Positions 37,001 through 50,672 of a stretch of DNA of 64,000 bases are shown piece after piece. Each line of letters starts with the position of its first letter. The first letter of the stretch is position 1. This DNA is from Negaprion brevirostris (lineage: Eukaryota): NCBI GenBank assembly GCA_030324005.1, contig JARDVH010000150.1, positions 27,968,221 to 28,032,220 of the forward strand. The letters are read 5' to 3'. The notes beneath the pieces were generated by a model that had not been told where the DNA came from, ran no database searches, and saw only the letters and a program-made list of their open reading frames with translations. The position numbers were made by a program, and so were the translations under genes.

Positions 37001-39829
37001 AAACCTACTCAGAGGAACAGACATAGAACAGATTCCAAGTGATAGTAATTTTAGTTGGTCCCATATCTGTTGAAGATAGATGGTAATAACAATGTTCAAG
37101 CTTCTTCAAAGCAAGTAGGGACATTTTCTTGGCAAATCACATAAAAACAATAGAACACTTCACTAGAAGGAGTAAGCTTGATGAATTATGTGGTTCATTT
37201 TTCACCAGGGTCAACACAGATTTTAAAGGCTTCATGACCCATTTGTTACCCAGAAATTGTATTGATATTCACAACATACGTTTTGCGATATGGAATTTGC
37301 ACGAACGGTTTCTAATGGAAAGCTCTATTTACCCCACATACTATCCCCAACTCATCAAAATCTACCCCAGATAAATTTCCAAACTGGATTAATTTTAAAT
37401 TAGAAAGTTTTCCAGCCTTTTTTATATCAATGTAAAAGTCTTCTTCTTTACTGTGATTTGTGGATAGGATCCATGCACTGTGAGAATTGTCAAGATTAAA
37501 TAATTTATGGAATAGCTAAGTAGGTTTTTTTGCTCTTCCTCTTCCAAGTTTAAGGTCATCTTAAAGAATCATTAAAGTAGTCACAAATGGAAAGAAACTG
37601 GCTTACTCCTGCCAAGAGATCGAGACTTCTCATTTAATTTTGTCTTAATGGTTTGACACGTGACTTGTGCAGCACTCCCTGCAAGAAATATTTCCTTTGT
37701 TGAGCCTTTTTTCTGGATTCTAAACAGAATCACCAAAAGAATGAGATAAAAAAAGTTACATTTCCCAGGCATTCTCTTGACCACAAATGTCAAGTGGTTG
37801 GATGTTTGTATAGTGAGAGCTATTTTATTTTCTTAAACAGCTTGGAGCATCTAATGTCCATAATTAGATTTGTATTCAACCGTTCAATATTCATAGCAAT
37901 ACAACTGCATTCAAGGTAATGGAATCATAGTGAAAACTAAATTGCTTATAAAAACAATCGTTTACAAAGCTTTGCAATTTAAACTGTGATATAGCAACAG
38001 TTTGAAAATCCACCTGCAGAATTATAACTAAAGCCTAACCAAGTCTCAAACAAAATCATGCCTTAAAACCCAACATTTGTCTGCCTAAAAATCAGACCCA
38101 AATAGGAAGTTGGGAGGATGAAATAGAGGCAAACACCAAAATCTGTTCAGCTACTTTTACAGCAAACATAGAATACTGTTTTATTAATTTACTCAACAAG
38201 ACAAATAAAAAGCTACCCATACTCTATACAGCCAAATGTTAAAATAGGTGTCATTCTGTTAAAAAACAATCTTGGTTAATTGATGATATATGGCAATATT
38301 GGCAAAACTGGTGCTGCATGCACGTTGGCTCAACAATGAAACTGAGGCTTTATACAGAATTACCACAAAAGAAATGACGCAGCAGCACAAAGGTAATTTT
38401 CCCGTCAATTTAGTGAAAGATGGTCGACTTTAAATTATTTAGCATTGCCAGGATCAATACACAAGCTGTCAATCTAAATGTACATACCAGTGGGGGATAT
38501 CCACAAAGCCTCCTTTCAGTTGCCTTTGAACAACAATATAAAAACTTGGTTTATTGGTTGAGGATTTCGAAGAAATTAATCCTTCAAAATTGTATCAAAG
38601 AAAGAAATGAAAATACTCTTTCATAGGAACTCTCTCTCTCATGATCTACTAATTTTCCATCTACATAAGCTCAGATAGAATTGATGAATACAAGGCATAC
38701 ACCACAAATAAGAATTATGCCTCCATTCAAAATATCTCACAACCACAAAATTGAAATGTACCATTTTAATGCTAATCCACTCTTTCCAAATACTTGCTTT
38801 CTAATAACTGTTCGGAAGTGAAAACTGAAAAAATTGTACGCAAAACAACATCAGCCACAATGTTTGTCAAACTGGAAAATACTCAATTTCAGCTGACTGC
38901 CTATACAAACTAACTGTCTGATGAAATCATAATTCACTCGTGTTCATAAATACAGCAACAAAACAATCAAATGGTCTGATGAAAGAAAACTTTGCATTTC
39001 CCTAACGTAATGCTATTAAGTTACTTTGCTGATATTTAATGATCTTGTTAGAAAGCATTTACAGACACACAATGCAATCTGACATTGTGGTAGAGGCTAA
39101 GCCATAGTGATTGTCATGTCGCATTTAGTTAAAAAGTGTTTGAACAGCACTCATTAGTTCCATTTTTAAAAAGAACAAGCCTGGTTTACATCTAGTGAAA
39201 CACCTTTTAGTTTGGATGCCCAGTTCATATTTATATTCTACATTAAGAGTTTTTACTTCAAAAGTGTATCATTTCTCTGACGTGATATGTACAACAGAAA
39301 GAAAATAACACTATGAATGTAATCTAGCAGACAAATTCCAGCTTCAAAAAGGAAAAATACGATCAGTATTGAATGTTTTCAACTCTGCTGTACGATGTTG
39401 ATACACAAAACATACATGAGCATTCCTATGGACACAATAGAGTCATATCACCAGCAATCAATAAAGAGGGTACTGTGCAAATTTACTACAATGATTATGT
39501 GGAAACACAAACATGAAGATGCGGAAATTGGGGCTGTTTTTGCAAGGGTATTTAAAAAATTAAGAAATCCTTTGATTAGGATGTTTAAAATTATTGAAGG
39601 GTGTTAACAGAAACAGATTGTTTCCAGTTGAGGGGGTAGAACAGGCAGGCATAGATAATTGACATGCAAGAGATTTAGGGTAGAGGGTATGAATACATCA
39701 CAAGGTTTGGAATTGAAGCAGTTATTGTTTCAATATGTGAGAATAGATATCAGAAAGGGGAATGAAAAGATGAGACAACAGACCCGGCACAGAGGATTAA
39801 TACTGGAGAATAAAAACTAGTCTGAGCAT

Positions 39830-40212
39830 GTGCAGCAAGACCTGGACAATATTCAGGTATGGGCTAGGTAGCAAGTAACATCCGTGCCACACAAGTGTCA
39901 GGCAATGGCCACCTCACAACAAGCCATCACCCCTTGATATTCAATAGCATACCATCTCTTAATCACCACTGTCAACATCCTAGAAATTAGCAGTGAGCAG
40001 AAACTGAAATGACCTGCCATATGAATACTACAAGAGCAGATTCAAAGGCTGGAAATTCCGCAATGAGTAACTCAAAATCTTGGAACCTCCTTCCTACAGC
40101 ACTGTAGCTGCTCCTTCATCACATGGACTACAGTAGTTCAAGGTGGCAGTTCACTACCACTTTTAAACGGAAAGTAGGTAATAAATACTGGTCTATCCAG
40201 TGATGCCCACAG
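39830..40212 (+). mobile_element. LINE 3' fragment (family of 25590-25986)
   Basis: Encodes a QQDLDNIQVWA-like RT C-terminal motif plus the shared tail. Confidence 0.65.
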
Positions 40213-42701
40213 CACAAGGGTCACCTGCTTCTATGTTGCAAATTATGTGCAATTTTGTTCCTGTCTGCAATAAAGTTGAACTGTTTAATAGGGTAGAGGA
40301 GCATAGAGATGGGTTTTCAGAGGGCTTGAGACACATATTATCGAAAGATTACTTTTCAGAGACTGTCTACCCACACCTTCACCAAACTACTGGGGCACAG
40401 TTACATTTCATTGATGCAACCGTATTAGTTCATTCATGTAGAAGACAACTGGTTTTTCACTCCCATTATTTCAAGTTTCCAAAAAACGAATAGATCTCAA
40501 AAGTTCTAAAAATATTCCTCAGCCACAAAGCTCATTACAGTATTCTAATCAATTTAGGCAGAAAATCCAAAAGTTGGCTTGTGCTAAGACACCTAATATA
40601 GGTATACATCTGCAAATATTACGAGAGGTATGATGAGGTCAAAGTTGCTTCCAATGGATAGCAAGCCATTGCACTCAATTCAACATCAGCATTGCACTGG
40701 CTATAGCAACACTGCACTTGTATCTAGGCTTTCTTTATTAATCGTGATACAGAACCATAACATTTCAAAACAGCTATATAGAAAACCAAATCTCAGCACC
40801 AAAGTAAAATCAAAATTCAAGTCTGCACATAGATCTGCACAAAACCTGTTTACATAGATGACTTAATAATGCCATTTTTTGAAGATGTGTCTACAAAAAC
40901 ATACATTGCCTGCAAGTTGATCAGAAGGACCTGCAGAATATTAAGCTATCATTTCAAATTACAGCACTCGCTGCAGAGCTTCTGACATTAATTGTAACTG
41001 TGCATACTGCCCATAGAACACAACAGGTCAAGTAGGACTTACCTCTGAGTGAAAATACAAAAACGCCAACAAAAGCATTACATGTGATTTTGAATTATTT
41101 TTAAATGACCATCTCCAAACCATTTTAATGTCACATCAGTACTACAAACTCAGGGACAGCACAAGTCATAAAGGGAGGCCTCCATCTACTTGTTATTTTA
41201 TACTGCGAAGATTACTGTGTGAAACTGAACATTTTTTCAAATTACACAGTATAAATGAAACACTTTCTCAGGTAATATAAAAACGGTAATACAATTTTCT
41301 CCAACACAAAAATGTCAGTCGTAAGTTTTCTTTCAATGTTTAAACAGTATTAGAATATGTTAATATTCCAACAATTAATCTAATTTGTCTTGCAGCACCT
41401 AAGCCCAGATATACACTTATTCCTGCTACAATCACACACTCAGCTGGTCTCTGAAAACACAATTTACGTAAGTGCACAGCCAAAATGAACAGTTAAACCT
41501 GTGGACAACTTAGTGTAGTATGCTCACACATACGCAAGAGTCTCTTGCAGCCAAGCAGGCAAAAATGTAAATGTAAATGCCAGCTTGTTAATTAATTTAT
41601 ATAGGCTTGTATAAAATCAGATTGAATGTGTATTGAGAACAGGAAATGTATGATAATTTGTGCAGAAACACGTTTCGTAAGAAGGGTATTTAGAAGATAT
41701 ACAAGCTATCTCCAGTTTGACACACCGATATAGTTTTTGTTGATTCTAATCAAAAATACCTTTTATATTCCAGATGCATTTTATTAATATTTTTAAAGTA
41801 CAAGTTATTTCAGAAGGATGTGATGTAACATGTTTTCTTCACGCTTTACCACAATAGTTCTTTTTGATCGAAGGTATAGTTTAAAATGTTTTTTTTTCCC
41901 TCTGTAACATATCTTTGGATCTGAGGAAAGACACCAGTTTGATGGATTCTGAGCCAAAATTGCTACTGTTGTAACAATTCAGTAGGCAAGCTCACATACC
42001 AGAGAACTAAATTTCTGACACAGTTATGAACTAAATATGCATCCTGTTAAATTTGTTAAAATAGGTAAGATTGAGTGGATAGTATTTTACAACCATTTGA
42101 AAATTACAACAAACCTAATTAACAGATTAATGAGAAACTATTCACCTTAATTGCCTGCTTGAGGCAATAACGTCACTATAATTTTCAAAATAGGCACAAT
42201 GTAGCTAAAATCAGTATTATACATAGCTCCCTGCACCTTTTATCTCAAATGCAGTTGCTTGCAGTGGGGAACAGTGGCATGTTTTTGCTGTAGCTGAGAA
42301 CACAACACAGCATTGATTAAATTCACCCTTACTACACCTTATGTATAACTCCCACTGGGCACTTGCAGTATTGCACCTTCACTTGTTCCTCACGTACACA
42401 GAAAATTGCAAATATTAGAGGGAGCTTGATTCTGCTGCTACAGGAAATACTGCTCGAGGTACAACGCACAAATTAATTTTTCCCCAGATAAAGTACAGCA
42501 TGAGCATGACAGTACTGCATAGTCTTCCTGTTGCAACAAGGGCACAATCCAGCAGGTACAGCTGTTGTATTATTACCTCAATATACTACCTAGTGGAAAC
42601 AGAAGTATCATATTTTGCTCCAGTAATCCAAAACCTCAGGCAGAGCATCTGGAAGGTGCAAAGATACCAGTTTCTTTATGACCTCACTTAATGGTACTCA
42701 C

Positions 42702-42767
42702 CAGCACTAGGAGCCTGGCCATGGATTAAAGTTGGGGGTTTCAGCCGAAAGCCAACATTCTTCTCAT
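42702..42767 (-). CDS. RANBP3: RANBP3 coding exon DEKNVGFRLKPPTLIHGQAPSA
   Basis: ctctttag acceptor and gtgagt donor; 66 nt. GFRLKPPTLIHGQAPSAG is identical to human RANBP3. Confidence 0.97.
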
Positions 42768-42994
42768 CTAAAGAGAAAGAAAACCAGTGATTAATCTGAG
42801 ATGTATATTTATATTTCTGCACACCTACATTTTTTTTTGTGGGAGTCATATGTTGGGCAGCCCACAAAAAGGACAGCACAGGGAGTTCACATTGGGTCTT
42901 TCAGCTTCTCAAGTTTTTATGCAAGGTAACAAGTGCAAAAGAGGGCTAAGAGAGGGAGGGGAGATACTTTACAGTGCTGGATTATAGGACTTAC

Positions 42995-43066
42995 CTGGCT
43001 CTGAGTCAGAGTTGCTGGCTGCTGCCTGGCAGAAACCCAATGGCATAAAGACATTATTCTTTGGAA
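42995..43066 (-). CDS. RANBP3: RANBP3 coding exon VPKNNVFMPLGFCQAAASNSDSEP
   Basis: cttacag acceptor and gtaagt donor; 72 nt, symmetric phase 1. KNNVFM motif recalled from RANBP3L and non-mammalian RANBP3. Confidence 0.88.
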
Positions 43067-44429
43067 CTGTAAGATAAGAACAGTGGCAGTGAGTATCAAT
43101 AGATCACACCAATTTTAATAACCCCTNNNNNNNNNNNNNNNNNNNNNNNNNNNNNNNNNNNNNNNNNNNNNNNNNNNNNNNNNNNNNNNNNNNNNNNNNN
43201 NNNNNNNNNNNNNNNNNNNNNNNNNNNNNNNNNNNNNNNNNNNNNNNNNNNNAACGTGCAACTTACTCTTGTCTGAATCACCAAACTATGGCACAACATA
43301 GTGAAAGGGATCAACTTAGTCATCATTTGTGTATCTATTACATTTTAGAATGTCAGTTGGGCCAAAAAGATTTGCAATTCAGAATTTAATTCTAAAACCT
43401 TAGCATACTAATGATTACTTTCATTTGACTAAGAGTCTGACACAGAACCTCTGATGAGATGATCAATTGAGAAATTGGCAAAATCGTGCATGATAATTTG
43501 AACTGATCATGTCTAGCGTGCCATACTCTAAATTTCAACAACAGTTTTTAAATCAGTCTGTCTATCAAAAATTTTCTTTNNNNNNNNNNGTGTTCAATAA
43601 CGTGCAGAAGTCCCAACACCGCTGTAGGATTCAGTGCAAGAATCCGAAGTTACTGAAAATGATTAAATGTGCCAACCGGGAGTCCAGTTCTGAAGAAAGA
43701 TGAACGTCCAAGAAAAGTAGAAACTTCTACATTTTAGGTAGCAGTCTTTTCATTCCCTGAAGAAAGTTCCACCACATACGAATGCAAAATTCTTCTATCC
43801 ATCAATATCAGATAATATCCTATTATAATTAATCAAATAGGCTCCCATTGCAGTGCCCAATGTGCTTGTCTTGTAAAGAAGTGGGTAGGTGTATAAGCCT
43901 AAATGTCATTGTATCGCCTTGGACCTGGAAGCAACAACAGTGAGGAACATTTCTAATTACTTTAAAATGCTTGGGGAATCCAACTGTTAAAAAAAAGATT
44001 GAAATTGACTTTTAAGAGTTTGTATCTACTGTAAAGAGTTTGCATGAACAGTAAATGTAAAATCAATTACGATTTTTGGATAAGAAGAAACACTGGTCCA
44101 TGTGACCTTGGAACGCTTGACCTGGAAGCGGTCCCAATAGGAAGGAAGGGAGCAAAAATGTGCAGGCAGACAGAAAAAAGAGTAATGGGACTGCTGGAGA
44201 AAGGCGGTAGTCAGCAAGACAAGTTGGGGAGCTGGATTTCTGCGCAGTTGAAAAACTCGTTTAGAGCTGCTATTGCTGTATCTTTCATTTCCGAGTGATT
44301 GAATATCACAAATCTGCCATACCATGCAAAACTAAAGGCAGTTTTGGAAGATGCATCAGGGAAGAAAGTTACCTGGAAATTTGGTCCATGTGGCAGTCAA
44401 ACCCCTTTGGTTAAGTACTTCAAATTTGA

Positions 44430-45216
44430 TGCACGCTCAGGGACAAGAGGGTGTGACTACGAGGGAGGTACATACAGGGATCCAGAAGGTAGTTCTGGAG
44501 GAGCCTCAGCCCTTCCGCTTGTCCAACCAATAGGAGGTTCTTGCAACCTGTATGGACGAGAGCAGGAACTGCGATATGGGGGCCATCCAAGTTGGGGGGA
44601 GTGAAAAATAATGCACTATTAGTAGGCGACAGTTTAGTTAATGGGATAGATACTGTTCCCTGCAGTCAACAGCATGAATCCTGAAGCCTGTACTGCCTGC
44701 GCAGTGCCAGTGGCAAATACATCTCATCAGGACTGGACAGGAAATTGGAGCAGTAAGAAAAGGATAATGTTTTTGTGGTCTACTTTGGTACCAGTGACAC
44801 AGGCAGGACTAAAAACAGATTCCACTATAGAAGTACAAGCAGCTAACCGTTAGATTAATAAGTAGAATGGCAAAGAGAATTCCCCTTTATGGGGGAAACA
44901 TAGAACTAGAGGTCATAGTTTCAGAATAAGGAGGCTCTCATCTAAGATGGAGTTGAGGAGGAATTTCTTCTCAGAGGGTTGTCAATCTTTTGAATTCTCT
45001 ACTGCAGAGAGAAATGGAGACTGGATCATTGAATATATTCAAAACTGAGTTATACAGATTTTTGATCAACAAAGAAGTCAAGAATTATGGGGTGGAGTAG
45101 GGAGGTTGGTCAAAGAGAAAAATGGAACTGAGACCCAGATTAGATCTTATTGAATGACGAAACAGATGCAATCTTATTGAATGGCCTACTTCTGCTTCTA
45201 TTTTGTATATTTGTAT
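44430..45216 (+). mobile_element. CR1 LINE: ORF1 SGNH/GDSL esterase remnant joined to an ORF2 3' end
   Basis: 44610-44810 translates LLVGDSLVNGID...*SLYCL...VVYFGTSDTGR; 44880-45216 is CR1 C-terminus and tail. Confidence 0.75.
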
Positions 45217-45255
45217 GCAGCTGGGGCCACAACTGGCAATAGTACCATCCTAATG

Positions 45256-45453
45256 AGCACAATAAAAAATCTCACAACACCAGGTTAAAGTCCAACTGGT
45301 TTATTTGGAATCACAAGCTTTCAGAGCACTCACTTGATGAAAAAGCAGTGCTCCGAAAGCGTGTGATTCCAAATAAACCTGTTGGACTTTAACCTGGTGT
45401 TGTGAGGCACCTTACTGTGCTTACCCCAGTCCAATGCCGGCATCTCCACATCA
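45256..45453. mobile_element. Palindromic Penelope-like element end (about 60-75 bp arms)
   Basis: ctcacaacaccaggttaaagtccaac...gttggactttaacctggtgttgtgag; decayed TTGATGA...GAAAGC core. Confidence 0.75.
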
Positions 45454-46399
45454 TTATCATGAGGTCAGGGGACCAATTTTCTGCGGTCCTTTTGCTGACC
45501 TCATTAGGTACTTACACAACACTGGGATCAATTCCTGTTTTGGTTGTGATCAATTTCCAGCCCAAACTATTTGGGAAATGTCAAAATTGGAAGACTTACA
45601 TTTGGTGAAGCAGTTGGGCCATTGCAGCTCCACTGATCAAATCCTGAACATTTTCACAGGCTGAGGACACATTGAATGTCTGCAACTATGGAGGAAACAC
45701 TGACATTATACAGTGTAAACTACACAGTTTGGATTATAAACTGTATCAATACAAACAAGCAGCTACACAGATTTATTACGGAGTTGGCCAACATAAAATA
45801 GCGCATAGCTTAAACACTCAATCCTATTTTCAGTACATCAGAAAAATGTAACAAATTCTTATAACAAAGTAACAGAAGGTAGTCTTTTGCTTCACATTTC
45901 ATTAGCATTTATGTTACAACAAAGCTTATACTGTATCATTATTCTTTCTCACTTGAGATTTTATCATGTTGGTTGCTAAGACACTGTTAGCTATTGGTGT
46001 AAAATACCTGTGGAACAAATCAAACTTGTGCAACAGGTGCCTAGGAGTGGATGGGCTGTTACCAGAGCTCCAAGATCATATTACATTTACTGCAGAAACT
46101 ACCTGAGCTTTTCTTCCTTAAGAGTCAGCTACTCCCTTCATTTGTGTTAAAAGTCTTTTCAAAAATGCCCAGGCATTTATCATCACTTTTTAAAAAAAAA
46201 GATGGGCATAATCTCATGTTGGTAAAACATACTTTACACACATCACATCTCACAGTAAAAAGTCTTATTGCTAATAATATTGAATGAATTAATACTAACA
46301 AGCTTCAGAAAAATATGCCTTAATGTTATGCTTCATTCTTGTCTATTTTGCCTGAATAATTTGGCACTTAAGCCACCAGCACATTGATCTAACATTAAA

Positions 46400-46712
46400 T
46401 CATAGAATCCATACAGCGCAGAAGGAAGCCATTCGGCCCATCAAGCCTGCACCGACAACAAACCCACCCAGAGCCAATTCCCACAAGTACACACATTTAT
46501 CCTGCTAACCTCTCTAGTATTCAAAGGCAATTAAGGATGGCCAATCAACCTAAATAGCATATCTTTCAGACTGTGGGAGGAAACCAGAGTACCCAAAGGA
46601 AACCCATGCAGACAGGGAGAGAACGTGCAAACTCCACACAGACACGGACCCCAAGCCAGGAATTGAACTCAGGTCCCTGGCACTGTGAGGCAGCAGTGTA
46701 CCACAGTGTCAC
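46400..46712 (-). mobile_element. HE1-type SINE with CR1-derived tail
   Basis: tRNA-like head at right, V-SINE-like centre, atagaatcc tail at left. Confidence 0.85.
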
Positions 46713-47199
46713 ACAATATACTGGAAGGATTGGATCTATTGTACTGATGAGTCTTTTCCAACAGTTCAAATCAAATTGGTCAAACTAAAAGTCCTTCCCT
46801 AGAAACTCTGGCATGCCCACTTTCNNNNNNNNNNNNNNNNNNNNNNNNNNNNNNNNNNNNNNNNNNNNNNNNNNNNNNNNNNNNNNNNNNNNNNNNNNNN
46901 NNNNNNNNNNNNNNNNNNNNNNNNAGCAGACTTGAGGAGCCAAATGGCCTTTTCTTGCCTCTACTGCTTATGTTCCTATCCATTTGGTTCTCAAGCGATT
47001 CAAAACTTTCCTCCTCCAGCAGAAGTGAAGACCTCAGTTGGAATACCGTTGGGGACCACAAATCTGCAGTTGCAATGAGCATAGAACATTACAGCACAGT
47101 ACAGGCCCTTCGGCTCTTGATGTTGCGCCGACCAGTGGAACGAATCTAATGACCCTCTAACCGAAACTATTCCAATGGTATCCATATGCATATCCACTG

Positions 47200-48400
47200 A
47201 CCATTTGAACACAATGGTATTCCAGCTGAAGTTTTCAAAGCTTTTGCTCACATCAAAACTTTGTGCACTTATCCTACAGATTTGGGGAGAAAAAAACTCA
47301 TCCCAAGTACAGGGACATGATGATTGTGACACTATCTACAAGGAGGGAGATAAATTGTGCTGTGGAAACTATTGATATATTTCCCTCTTATCCATAGCAG
47401 GGAAAATCCTTGCACATATTCTCCAGAATCATCACCTACTTTCTGTGCCTGAGGAAATCCTCTCAGGCATTTATGATTTACAGTTTGAGGAAACTGCAAT
47501 GTTGTTGCCCACTCTGCAAGCTACTCTTAATCTTGTCAATTCTACATACAAGAAACTTGGCCTGTGTTGGAATGTTGCCAAAACAAAATCCCTATATCAA
47601 TCCACACTTGGTCAGTCAAATATTCCACCTCCCATACATGTTAAAGGAGATACTCTGCAATATATTGAGCACATTCCATACTTTGGCAGCCACCTCTCTC
47701 AAAAGATCAAACTCCAGATCAACTGCACCTGCTCAGCCTTTTACAAGCCACAGCAAAATCAACAAAAACCTTCACAAGTCAACAAAAGTCCGAGTGTACA
47801 GAACAGTTGGCGTTACCTCGCTCCTGTATTGCATTAAGACCTAGACAATGCAGGAGTGACACCTAAGAGTGCTAGAGAAATTCCATCACAATATCTCTGC
47901 TGCATCAATTGGAAGAAAATCCAACAAACACTAGTGTCGCTGAAGCCAGCTCCACAACCATTCAGATAAAACTCCCGCAAAATCAATCTTGGTTGTCTGG
48001 ACACAGTGTCCAGATGGCTGAAAAGCATTTCCCCTGCCAGATTCTGTTTCCTCAAATCCTAAATGGCTAATATTCCAGGAAGACACTCTGAACCTCTCCT
48101 TGAATTATAGCAGTGTTGATATTAATGAGTGGTAGGGGCTTGCTACCAATCGTTCAAAATGTCAACAGCTTGTCAATCAAGCTGTATCAAGTTGTGAGTC
48201 ACAATGTCATAATGATAGGCAGTGACGGTATGAAGAAAAGGAAGCAAATCCTGCACTCCAGATCCCACTACCTCATGGGACATCCTGCCCTTGTGCCTAA
48301 AGATCCAAGGATTGAGGATCAGTCTATACAGATACATGAAGGCCCACAGAATAAACTCGCAACCCTGAATAAACATCATCCTGGAATCGAGGGACAGCAG
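47200..48400 (+). mobile_element. Decayed RTE-clade LINE fragments
   Basis: Translates IYKEGDKLCCGNY*YISLLSIAGKILAHIL; later PYFGSHLS and SLLYC motifs. Confidence 0.75.
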
Positions 48401-48914
48401 CCAACATTCCATGCACCAAATAAACTAAATGAAGAACTGCCCGATATCAGTCCTAAATATGACTGTCATTAATTTCAATTAGTGTCACCCTCCTACTCCC
48501 ACAAACTCATTTAAAGTAACTGTACTAGGGTTAGCTTTTCCATGCTGTTTATGGTCTTATATACTTGTTTAAGACCAACTCTCAAGACACTTCCTTTCAA
48601 TACCATACAACCCAATATTTTCCAATCTCTTCTGAAGTCAGCCTTATAACTAACAAGTATTCATGGTGTGCAGCAGCTTCTACACTTTCAGTCAGGTCAT
48701 TCTTCTCTTTTCACCACTCCCCAATTCCACCGATTCACAGCTACACTCTAAGTGTATCCTCTAATTTCATCTATTGAAGCAATGAAGACATACATTTATA
48801 TAGCACCTTAATGCAAAAAAACTCATGCTGAACATCATAAATTAAACCAAGCCAAGAGAGAAGAAATTAGGAGCGGTTAAAGGCCAAGTCAAACAATTGG
48901 GATTTGAGGAGCTT

Positions 48915-49216
48915 TTATAGAATCCCTAAAGTGCAGGAGGCCATTCAGCCCATTGAGTCTGCACTAACAACAATCCCACTCAGCTGCTATACCATCTATT
49001 TAGCCTGCTGATCTCCCTGACAATAAGGGGCAACTAAGCATGTCCAATCCACCTAACCTGCACATCTTTGGACTGTGGGAGGAAACCAAGCATCCAGAGG
49101 AAACTCATGCAGACATGGAGAGAATGTGCAAACTCCACACAGATAGTCACTTGAGGCTGGATTTGAATCCAGGTCCCTCGCACTATGAGGCAGCAGTGCT
49201 AACCACTTTGCCACCC
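48915..49216 (-). mobile_element. HE1-type SINE with CR1-derived tail
   Basis: Paralog of 46400-46712. Confidence 0.85.
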
Positions 49217-50429
49217 AGAGGTGCAAAGGTTTAGGAAGTTAAGTTTCTAAGAGTCAGGCCAAGGCAGTTAAAGGCACTGTCACCAAAGGCGAGGTGAAGG
49301 GGTAGGAGAAAGCATATGGGGAAGGAGTTAGAGGAATAGGAGGAAATTTCAGACGGGATACAAAGCTTTGAAAGGATTTGTATGTGAATACAAGGTTTTC
49401 AGTTAAAGTCATTAGTGAGTAGAGAGCCAAAGATTAGCAGCAATTGATACTTGAGCAGGATGTAGTGTAGATGAGATAATAATTGCAGTGAGTTTTTCAG
49501 TCAAGTAAAAAGTTAATGCAAGGGGGATAACTGGAGACAAGGAGAGGATAGCAATGCATTCAGCTGCCTAGATCGTATGTTCAAGAAAGCCTTCCTTAAA
49601 ACTTTTGGTCACCTCCTTTTGGTGATTCCTTTTAATAATTCCTTCTTTGGTTCTTGGTTCATTTTTTCTTTAAGCCATTCTGAAGCAACTTTGGGAATTT
49701 TTTTATGGAGTAAAAATGTTTAATAAATGCATGCTGTTGCTAATGTTAGACAAAACAACTGTACAGCATGAAGGGAATTGAGAGATCTGGGACTGAATTT
49801 TATATGCGTTTTTGGCAGGGGGTGGGGCATGTAAAATATGACAGATGGTCAGCCCACTGTCTTCCCACCCACCTCTGACCCGGTAGGCAAACAGGTGCTA
49901 AAAACTGGTGACTCACCCATTATTTTTTTAAAAAGTAATTAAGAGCAATTGAGCTTATTAACAAGCTAATTGACCCATATTATGCACTACCCATGCCATA
50001 ATACATCAATGTGGCCAAATGGGAGGGTCTTAGAACTATGTATTCTCCTAAAAGCAAACCAAGATCTTATATCCTTCCTGTGCCTCTCCACCTGGCCTTC
50101 AAAACCCTTCCCCTATTCCGTCTATCCCTTCCCACCCTAAAAACCCAGGACCTTCCTTCGGAAATCTATTGTTCTTCCTGGGGCCTGCGTACGGTCTCTA
50201 CTATATTCTCGCAAGACTGCAACTACTGCAGTTGCTGGTCAAGTCTTGAGGGTGTGACAAAGCCTTACTCTCTACTCATTTAGGCCACCCCCCGAGTGTT
50301 ACGACTAATGGGGAGGAGGCTTTTATTTAAAGCCCACTTGTTTGAAACAGACTTTTGTAATGCTGGGAGAACACAAGCAATGCACCCCCTGTAAAAAGTT
50401 GAATGTAAAGGGTCTTCCATCTATCTCAG

Positions 50430-50672
50430 AGAGCAGGGGCTCTCGTATCTGTCCTAGCCAATATTCACCCCTAGCCAACAACGCTTTAAAAAGATTATTT
50501 GGTCTATATCACATTGTTGTTTGTGCTCATTATCTCATGCTTATGTTCAAATTGGCTGCTGCATTTCCAACATTATAATAGTGACTACACTTCAAAAGTA
50601 CATCACTAGTTGTAAACGTTTGGGGCATTCTGAGGTCATGAAAGGTGCTATACAAATACAAGTCCTTCTTTC
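50430..50672 (+). mobile_element. Deu-domain SINE (SacSINE1-like), 3' part with L2-type tail
   Basis: gagcagggg...tgtcctagccaatatt...aaattggctgctgcatttcc...gtgactacacttcaaaagtac...aggtgctatacaaatacaagtc. Family assignment is from memory. Confidence 0.6.
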
